From Corallochytrium limacisporum Hawaii (Eukaryota; Protista; Pluriformea), in the NCBI GenBank assembly GCA_002811645.1, contig PDIP01000008.1:110097-174096 (forward strand): a stretch of 64,000 nucleotides of DNA, read 5' to 3'. Shown here piece after piece: positions 40,718 through 49,863 of this stretch (position 1 is its first letter; each line of letters opens with the position of its first letter). Made by a program: the position numbers and the translations under genes. The notes below the pieces were generated by a model, which searched no databases, was not told the DNA's origin, and was given only the letters and a program-made list of their open reading frames with translations.

Positions 40718-43652
40718 GACTGAATTCTTTATTTATTCCCGGATGGTCAATGAACCATCACTGAAGTTGAATGTTGTGTACAAGATAAGTGATAGGGAAT
40801 GTTGCAGAACTTTCGTCACTCAGTGTATTACGGATGGAACGCTTCCAGTACCTGCTTGTTGCCCTTCAGAATCAAAAAGTTTTGAAAGCAAGCCGGAAAA
40901 AAGTTCTTGCCCATCGTGACATCATGTAACAGCCGGCATACCGCGAGACTCCATGGGCCTCACGACGCAACCAATCTTTTACATGGACCGCTGAGACTGG
41001 TGGGACTACAGTCCGTTTCGGTTGCCCTCGCACACAAAGTCACACCGCTTTTCCTGATGCTTTGTCGAACTTTCCTGCTTCACAAGTTTCAGTGTTTTGG
41101 ATCAAGTCCTCATGTGAATGAGGGCCAGTCGAGGTGGTTTCTGCCTGCATGGAACGAAAGCATCGGCCGTGGGCCCCTCAGCCTCCCTTACCGTCACTTC
41201 GTAAATTGCAATCTCCACTAGGGAAAAGGGGGTGGGCGGGGTCAGGTAGAGAAAATTTTGCGAAGGAAATACTTCCTTCAAGTGAACAAACCTTGCCTTT
41301 TGCCAGTACTCAGTCTGTTGCGAAATTGTCCTTCGTGAGCTCCAATGATGAAGATTTTGTCCGGACGACCAGTACAAAAAGCTTTGATGGCCATCGAATG
41401 AAAAAAAAACAGGGATTGCCCGGGGGCCCGAGCCGGGGTGACAGTCTCGAGATCCTTACAAACTTTTGGTGGCACACTGTCACCAATGCAGGCACACACA
41501 CTTGTCCGACCTATTTGGGACTGTGTCATAGCCGAACTTCAGCAGTGCAACTGTACAGCACACGTTCCTCCAGAGCATGCAAATGTAGGAGAGTTGATAC
41601 CGGTGTCAGATTTGTTTATGCAGCATGGCCGACGGCGAGCATTTGAGCTGCAAAAAAACCGGACCATTTTTTGGGGGCTCCTCTGGGCCACGATGGACAC
41701 CGTAAATCACATACTCTACCGCAGGATACCCACGCGAAAGCTAGTACCCCTTATTCGCTACTGACCTCTTCGTTTTTCCGTTCTCGATAGAGCTCCCTCC
41801 CTCCCTGCAGTCCCAGAAGGGCAGGGAGATCCAAAACAAAAAAAAAGTACCCAGACTTGTACCAAGAATTGGTAGTGCTTGCGGCGGAGTCTCCCCTTTC
41901 CCTTGACAACACTATAGGTTCAATACGGCACGAAGGATATTTTTCCTTTTCATCGGTATACCGGTCGGTGGGCGCAAATGCACAAGTCTATGCGAATAGC
42001 CTAGGTCAAGTACGATGTGACCGGGGTACCGTAATGGATCGTCCCCTGTTTGAAAGCCGCATTTTTGTGAGCATATGAGACGATTGCACGCGCTTGCTTT
42101 TGTGGGTGTGTCTGCTCTGCAACATGTGCCAGGTGTGTTGCGACTCCTCATTTGCACTGCAAGTACATCGATCCTTCGGATGTGAAGAACCCTGATCCTC
42201 GCTACTAGACGCAAGCCATCCTGCTGAGCATGTTCGGAACATGACTGGGATCGTGCATTCAGAGTCCGGAGACACAGGCAGGATGACGATGATATGTCCA
42301 AATTGAGGGTGTGTCTCCGCTGGTCTGGGAAGCAGAAAAGTGCTGCCCCTGTTCGTCATTCATGCATAAGCGTATGTAATATACAACCATGGGCGATCCG
42401 TAGCAGCGTGAAATGGTAGTGGTGCGTCAGCACCGTCGTGGGTTCTTTTTCTATATTCTGCGTGGGCTGCTGTTCGGTGGGTTGCGCGTGCGATTGAACG
42501 GCGAAAATCACAGTATATTCATTATGGAATCGACAACAATTCACGATCAAAGCCCGGCCGCGTTGGGCAACTTCGGATATGGAGAAGAAAGACCGGAGTA
42601 GAAAAATGTTTAGAGACATGTTGTGGTTGATTTACTATGCGTTGCTGACCTGTTGTGTAACTCTTCATCGGAAAAAGGAGATCGTAGGACACGATTACCG
42701 AGCGAAATGGGCGACGGAGGAGCACTTGATGGATAACACAGTTCATAGTATAATACAAAACATATAGTATGTAGATCTCTTTCTTTTTCTCCAAACGGTT
42801 CGGCGACAGACGGAGAGTTACGTTAATGCAAAAAATTTTTTTGTTTAGACCTAAGACTGTTTGGGTCTACGGACGATGATGACTAAGACTGAGCCCCTAA
42901 ATTTATGATTTGTTTAATTTACCATCGGAAACCCCTGCTGCCGGCTCCTGCATACGGGCATCGTCGAGGTCGCAGCATCACACACACCAACGGTCATCAC
43001 TCGACGCTTTCCTTGACATCTTGGGATGCTACTCAGTCCGTGAGTAGCGCACAGCCGCCCAGGTTGAATTGAGAGTTCCCGTTAGCAAAAGGTATGGGAG
43101 ATGCCTGCAACAAACCATGGTGCTCCCTGCCAGCCAATTGAGATCCCGAATGCGCCGAACAAAAATTTCCGTTTCTTTCGATAATTGCCCTGTGTGACAA
43201 CAGAAAAACGCAAGGGCAGTGCGGGACTGTTCGATAGCGAATGTACCGAACGGCACCGGTCACGATTCAACTGGGCTCTGCACAAGGAGGAGAGTCCGGA
43301 CGGGCTTTGTTCGGCTGGCCGCCTTGTCCGCACCAGCGGGTGGTGCATCGGGCACTTTGAGACCCCTCACTGTCCTTTTTGCGTTCGGTGACCGAATTTT
43401 GTGGTGTCCTTTAAAGATTCCTTTTACAGACCTCTCTGCTTGAACATATTTCAAGACGTGTTTGTCGATTTGGAAGTGAATATCAATGATCAGTGTTGGA
43501 TAACACCGCAGGGATTCCTGCCACCCAGTTCCGGTGACAGAGCGACGCCGACGCGAATGAGGTAGGTGAGACCAAACGCCGAGATCTATGTGAGCCTATT
43601 CAATGAGACTGCTCGTAAGAGAGCGAAGTGTCCCAACGGAGAAATAGTAATT

Positions 43653-44585
43653 ATGTCGGAAAAGGGAGATGAATTCTACGACGTGGCTGAGGTGCACTCC
43701 CCGGAGGTATCTGCGGAGCCTAGTTCCATCGTCCCAAACGGCGAGAGCAGACTTCCACCTGCTTTAAAGACCATAGGTCCTGTTGGAACCGTCACAGGCT
43801 CATTGTTGCGGCGCTTGAGTAATTCAATACCGGATGTGAGCGAAGAAGAGGGGAAGGAAGCAGAACACAAGAATGAGCCCGTGAAACTTACAGATGAGGA
43901 ACAGCAGTCCACACGGCTGCTTCAGTCCATTCTCACACCAGGCCCTCGACGGTACCTTGACAAAACATATAAGAATGCCTTAACTGGTACAGAAATCGTA
44001 GACTTTCTCATTGAATACGATGAGAGTCATCTCTACGGAGGTGAGCGGGCTGAGGCAATAGCTTTCGGCCAACGACTCATTGATGCGGACCAATTGAGTC
44101 GTTTAGAACGAACAAAGGGCTTCGAAGATACCCAGCTGCTCTACAAGTGGGCAGATCCAAAGAAGCGCAGGGGCAGTGTACAGATGAGGGCAGGTCGAGA
44201 CGTATCAACAGGGAAAGTGGAAACTGTTTTGAAATCCATGATTGTGCAGGTCAATCCGGAACTGAATCCTTACGTAGAGCAGTTAGACTTAGCTTGGAAT
44301 GCATACAAGGATACGTGGACGGCTCAGATCAAGGAGATGCAGTTGAAGGCAAAAGAGGATGCTATTAAAATCAAGGAGATAGAGGAGAAGATGAAACATC
44401 TGGAGCTCAGCTCTCAGATTGCTTCACAAGGTGCGAAATTAACAGCAGAGGCTGGTACACAGTCTACAGCTGATGTGACGGAAGACTTGAAGACATCTTC
44501 CGAAATGCAATCTTCGCCCGAAGCGAACACATCTTCTGAGGTGAAAGCATCGTCCACAACCGAAGCGACTGCTCCTCCTTCGTCG

Positions 44586-44616
<31 letters not shown>

Positions 44617-46289
44617 GTAGTGTTCCACCGCCTCCGCCTCCACCGCCTCCCTCTGCTAGTGCTCCACCACCTCCACCACCTCCACCTCCGCCACCTCCTT
44701 GTGGTGCTCCGCCTCCGCCTCCACCTCCGCCTCCTAGTGGAGCACCTGCGCCTCCTCCTCCTCCGGGCGGAGGCCCACCACCACCTCCTCCGCCGCCTGG
44801 AGGTCCTCCGCCTCCGCCTCCGCCGCCAGGAGGTCCACCGCCTCCACCGCCGCCTGGTGGCATCCCAGCGGCTCCAGTTGCCCCTGTACCCCCTAAGCGT
44901 GCTGTTGAACGCCAGGACGTCAGGCCGACACAGAAGCTGAGACCTTTGTTCTGGAATCGCATCGTGGTCACGGAGGACATGCTGAAGCAGGCAGAATCCA
45001 AGGATGAGAAGCTGACATGGGTGCAGGTTGAAGATCTCGACTTGGATTTGAAATCGTTTGAGCAACAGTTTGCGATCAAAGCACCTACGAAGAAAGAAAT
45101 TGTGGCTCAAAAGATGAAGGCGCCCACCTCTCACCAGATATTCGACAACAAGAGATCTCAGGCCATTGCCATCATGCGCAGTGCTTTGCCGCGCGACGAC
45201 GACGATATCAGGAAGGCAATTCTGGAATTGAATGATAACCTGCTGACCCAGGAAAATGTGCGGTCCCTGATTAACAACGCGCTCACCGGAGACGAATTGC
45301 AGCAGATGCGAGACCATGAAGCCAGTGGGACGAACCTGCCATTGGACAAGCCGGAAGCGTTCATGTACGGTTTGAGCAAGGTGCCTCAACTTGGGGCCCG
45401 TCTGGAATGCTGGCTCTTCAAGAAAACCTTCAGTGAGCGCACGTTCGAAACAGAGGGACGAATTCGGGATGTGCAGGCAGCCTGCACAGAGCTTAATGAC
45501 AACGATAGGTTGCATCGGGTATTGGCCATCATATTGAAACTTGGTAACTACATGAATGCGGGCACTAATCGCGGCACGGCAGATGGTTTTAACCCTAGCA
45601 TCCTTCCCAAGCTAAAGGATGTGAAGGGCAGCAACGGAAAAATCACTGTGCTTGACTATATAGCGAACACGTACACAAAGCTCTATCTGCAGGAAAAGAT
45701 TTCGGAACTCCTCGGGGGCGAAGATGCGTCGAATGTCAAGAAGGCAGAACAGGTGATGCGTGATGGCATGCCTGTACCCGATGCCCAGATCATGACCACC
45801 GCTGCTCGCGTTAAACTAGATGACATTGAAGTAGACGTGCAGCGCCTGGACAAGGACATCAAGGGTGTCGAGCGTATGATTGAGAATGTTGTGGAGCAGA
45901 GTCCAGAGGAGCACGTGGAGCCATTCAAGTCTGGAATGTCTCAATTCATTGACGACGCGAAAGAGACGCTGAAGGAGCAGCTATCAGAGTTTAGTACTCT
46001 AAAGGCCAACGTGCAGAAGATCCTTAAGGGTTACCTGGTCATGGATAGCATGGTTCAAAAGCAGGACCTTGCAGAATTCTTTGACGTGTGGGCCCAGTTC
46101 TGCGACCACTTTGGGGAGGCCTGGAAAAGCGAGCAGAAGCGAGTCGGTAAGTTCCTCTACGAGTCCATGCAGAATCGCAAGCTTGCGCGTCAACGGGAGG
46201 TGAAGACCAAGAAAGCAGGCGAGTCAGGCTTAAAGATGAAATTCAGGGAAAGAAGACGGAAGGCAATGGAAAGAACCTCTGGAGAATAG
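43653..46289 (+). CDS. FMN/Cappuccino-type formin with N-terminal DEP domain, FH1, FH2 and basic tail; first ATG at 43653
   Basis: DEP: YKNALTGTEIVDFLI..AEAIAFGQRLID..FEDTQLLYKW; poly-Pro FH1; FH2 LRPLFWNRI..KRSQAIAIM..LDKPEAF..GNYMNAGTNRGTADGF..LPKLKDVK; AWKSEQK. Confidence 0.9.
44573..44894 (+). repeat. Coding (CCN)n repeat encoding the formin FH1 poly-proline tracts
   Basis: About nine runs of ccaccg/cctccg separated by G/S/A codons. Confidence 0.9.
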
Positions 46290-46363
46290 CACCTACTTTT
46301 TAAATCTCCCATATCGTGAATTCTGCTTTGTAAAATCAACTTCTTTAACCAATATTAAGTCGT

Positions 46364-47608
46364 TTACTCTCTCTTGACACGCTTCCCATCTTTCCATGTT
46401 TTGCTGCGATGCTTTAGCAGGAACGGATGGTGGGCCAGCGCATACGCAGCTTTGATCCGCCGCACCGGGTCAAAATCGAAGCAATGATGTAAGAGATCCT
46501 GGAAATTGCGCACGTCCGTGCTGTCGCAGCCCGCAGCCTTGACAATACGAGCATTAAGATCATTGACATGTCGGTGTTCCTCGTACACAAATATGCGACT
46601 CTCATCGCTGTCTTTGGGATGCCACACAAAGTTACCGCTGTCTACGTCAAAGTGCTCCCGACTGAATTTCCCCTTGTTGATCAACCGCTTCGGAATACGC
46701 CCAAGCCCTTCCTGCATAAGGCGCAGCATATCGTTGTTGTCATGCCCTGGAAAGAGCACGGTTCCCGTGAAAAGTTCGTAGAGTGTGCAACCTGCGGCCC
46801 ATACATCAATCGCCGACCCAGCAACATCCAGCGGGGCACCTATGATAATTTCGGGACTGCGGTAAAAGCGAGACACCACCATTGCATTCTGGGGGAGATT
46901 TTTTGCTCTCTCGGCGGTGCCAAAGTCGCTGAGCTTCACCTTCGCTCCCTTGCGATCGACCAGGAAATTATCAGGTTTAACATCGGCGTGCACAAATCCA
47001 CATGAATGCAGAAGACGCAACGCTCGAAAGATCTGTCGCGCGTACAAGCGCACTGCGGCCAGCGATATTCCTTTGCTTAGGCCCATCTCTCTCAGCAGCT
47101 GCCGGAGATCCTGTCCCAGCAATTCAAATATCAAGCACAAGTGGCCTTGATGCTCACACTGACCATAAATACGCAAACATCCGGACTTGCCCTCTTCATC
47201 AGCATCTCTGAGCTTTTCAAGAATCTTACATTCTCGCTCACCGGTCCTTCGATAGGACGTTCCTTGCCGCATGATCTTGACTGCCAGTTCTTCTGACTCA
47301 CTTGACCCTTTGATATCATTCACTCTGTAGACAGCGCCAAAAACACCTTTGCCCAAGGTCTCGACAACCTTGTAGCGGTCAGCAATTAGGTCACCTTCCC
47401 GTGCATCACAAAAACCTTCTGCAATGTCTTCTTTCGAAATGGCCCAAGTTCTCGTGAAGGTGACCATATCGTGAGAGGATTCTCTTGTATCTTCATCATC
47501 GTCTTCTTCAGCAAACATATCAAGGAAGTCCTCCCCGTGATCATTCTCGTTTGCGTTTGTTTCGGTGCGGGTTCGCTTGACCCCTGAGCCAGCTTCGCCT
47601 GCTGTCAT
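46364..47608 (-). CDS. PRPF4B: PRP4 kinase-like CMGC kinase, short form (414 aa); first ATG at 47608
   Basis: GKGVFG; AVKI; TGERECKILEKL..AD; HLCLIFE; GISLAAVRLYARQ; HADVKPDN; DFG; VSRFYRSPEII; LFPGHDNNDML. Confidence 0.85.
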   Translation of the reverse strand: MTAGEAGSGVKRTRTETNANENDHGEDFLDMFAEEDDDEDTRESSHDMVTFTRTWAISKEDIAEGFCDAREGDLIADRYKVVETLGKGVFGAVYRVNDIKGSSESEELAVKIMRQGTSYRRTGERECKILEKLRDADEEGKSGCLRIYGQCEHQGHLCLIFELLGQDLRQLLREMGLSKGISLAAVRLYARQIFRALRLLHSCGFVHADVKPDNFLVDRKGAKVKLSDFGTAERAKNLPQNAMVVSRFYRSPEIIIGAPLDVAGSAIDVWAAGCTLYELFTGTVLFPGHDNNDMLRLMQEGLGRIPKRLINKGKFSREHFDVDSGNFVWHPKDSDESRIFVYEEHRHVNDLNARIVKAAGCDSTDVRNFQDLLHHCFDFDPVRRIKAAYALAHHPFLLKHRSKTWKDGKRVKRE

Positions 47609-48091
47609 GTCTTGTCTTTTTGGTAAATGGAAGTTTGATCTACAAGTAAAACCCCCGGCATTTCGACACTTTATGTTTCGGACGCAATTTCTCCTGACAT
47701 GGAACACTTTTATGCGCAGTCACTCTACATGAAGTACCCGCAGAGAGTGCATGGCTGCAGAGTATGTGCGCATGGGTCTGAGCGTCCCGACGGGCCTGCC
47801 CCCTTCTACCCCCTTGGGGGAGAGTCCGCGAGAGGGCGGTTGCGAATCCAGAGTGGGGACAGTGCGGAGTGAAGGCCTCATGAACGTATGCATACCCGTG
47901 CATACCCCAAACGTAGACACACACTTCAAGATATTACAATGGATCTATTTACAGCTTAGCAGTACTATTACATTTCCCTTATTGAATCAGGCGATGATGT
48001 GATGGAATACACAGAGATAAGGAGTGAGGAATGGGAATAATGGAAATTCGGGAAAGGTGCGGATTAAGAAGCATGTGTGTAGGGTGTGAAC

Positions 48092-49777
48092 ATGGGTGAA
48101 GGGGATCATCCACGGGAGATTCCCGGCTTCATATATGATCCCAGAACCAAGAAGTACTTTGCCGTGCCTCGGGGTGGCGCGGGGCGATTGGCTCATGCCG
48201 GTGATGCAAAAGTTCTCAACCAGGTACTTGATCGTGCACCGAGTGGATATCAGCAGCAGATTGGACGGGTAAAGCAGGGGCGGAAACGACGACAGCGAAA
48301 GGAGAAGCACAGCAATGTGCAAATCAGAACCAAATATTGCAACATAGACAAAGGAGCACCAAAATCACTAGTACAAGAAGCTTTCCAGGCACTGGAAAGA
48401 CGCCGGCACATACTTTTCCCGTCCGCACGGTCGCGCGCTGATCGTTTGGCCGGAAGACTGGATGTGTACTCTGCCGTGTTCAGAGAGATGGGTGCAGGTC
48501 GCCAGTGTCGATTTAACCAATCCCTGACGCAGACACTCTTCATGAGCCATAGCAAATATTGTATTGGTCAATGTAGCCCGCACCGGTGTCGGACCGGTCG
48601 GTTGATCTCTCACCGATGGAGCTACAACTCCGGATTCAACGGGAGGCCTGGGATCGCGCAACGCATTCACATCACACAGGATTCCGGAGCAGGGATCAAG
48701 TGCAAGACTGCCATTGCGTATGGATACAAGGGGCAAATAACTGCTACCGATCTTGTTAGGCTCCCTGGATCGACTTCGACCGAACCGAGGGCCACCATGT
48801 TGTGTAAGACGCCATCTGGACTGCAACCGATTGAGGACTATTACTATGGGCTTCGGTCTCTTCGATGCATTAGTTGGAGTCCCAAGGGACACTTCGTCAC
48901 CGCAGTCACGGGAACCCCGGGAAATGCACAGGAGAGCTGGAGGGTTCATGGCTTTGGGTTCCGCCGTCGGGCCCCAAATGCTCTGATCACTGCCTTAAAG
49001 GTAGGTTACGATGATGTAACTGATCATTTCGTAGATGATCGGTTGAGTCAGACTTCGATTGCGGCGGCCTGGATTTATCTAGCCACAACAAGAGGCCTTT
49101 TGCAGGTGCCCATCGGCGCAGATGATAGTTCCTACTTCCGCGTTATTCGGACCATGAAGTCATGCTCCGTGGTCAAGCCATTTCAGGTGGATAATCCGCA
49201 CCTGCTGCTGTTTGGGTCCAAGAAGAACCTCGGCATCGTTGACATCAGAGACCCCGGAGTACCTCGGGCCGCCACCAGAAGTCAATTTGAAGTATCAAGC
49301 ATGTGCAATCTTGGACAATTCCCCGAGAGCAGACGCAACCCGTGTGAAATCATCCATTCCGACCGAGGTGGCAATGTTGCACTCTGGGATGTGAGGCATA
49401 TGAAGGGCCCCAAACTGCAATATTCCGTGGATCGATCAGACGGTAGCATTGATAGGAAGGTCGCTATGGATGCGTTGGAAGAGAATTTTGCAATATGCGG
49501 TGCTGACCAGCGTACTCGCATCTGGGCACTGGATAAACAGTACCCGATCATGACATCAGAAATTGTCAAACTAGACGGCGGAGCTCCAATTCAGGCTGCA
49601 TGGGCCTACGCACCCACCACTCCGTGCGACTTCGATTCGCGTCCCTTTGAAGAAGCCGCTTGCTACGGCCGAAGACAGCCGCTCCGTGATGATCATGGCA
49701 GTCCTGGCACAGGTACTGTCTGTGTCTTCAACAAAGATATGCTCTACACAGAGCTACAATACCCAAGGTCGATCTGA
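48092..49777 (+). CDS. DCAF4: DDB1-CUL4 associated WD40 factor DCAF4/WDR21-like; first ATG at 48092
   Basis: N-terminal EIPGFIYDPRTKKYF signature; DWD-like boxes GIVDIR and ALWDVR; GADQRTRIWAL. Confidence 0.8.
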   Translation: MGEGDHPREIPGFIYDPRTKKYFAVPRGGAGRLAHAGDAKVLNQVLDRAPSGYQQQIGRVKQGRKRRQRKEKHSNVQIRTKYCNIDKGAPKSLVQEAFQALERRRHILFPSARSRADRLAGRLDVYSAVFREMGAGRQCRFNQSLTQTLFMSHSKYCIGQCSPHRCRTGRLISHRWSYNSGFNGRPGIAQRIHITQDSGAGIKCKTAIAYGYKGQITATDLVRLPGSTSTEPRATMLCKTPSGLQPIEDYYYGLRSLRCISWSPKGHFVTAVTGTPGNAQESWRVHGFGFRRRAPNALITALKVGYDDVTDHFVDDRLSQTSIAAAWIYLATTRGLLQVPIGADDSSYFRVIRTMKSCSVVKPFQVDNPHLLLFGSKKNLGIVDIRDPGVPRAATRSQFEVSSMCNLGQFPESRRNPCEIIHSDRGGNVALWDVRHMKGPKLQYSVDRSDGSIDRKVAMDALEENFAICGADQRTRIWALDKQYPIMTSEIVKLDGGAPIQAAWAYAPTTPCDFDSRPFEEAACYGRRQPLRDDHGSPGTGTVCVFNKDMLYTELQYPRSI

Positions 49778-49863
49778 ATGTATAGTTGCATCTATTAGTT
49801 GTTTAGTATTTACTTTCCTGTTATGGGCCAGGGCTGTAGATGTGGACGTCCCAGTCTGGTCCT

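Noticed and set aside
44414-45515. Long antisense Gly-rich and Arg-rich ORFs (221 and 358 aa)
   Set aside because: Shadow frames of the formin poly-proline codons.
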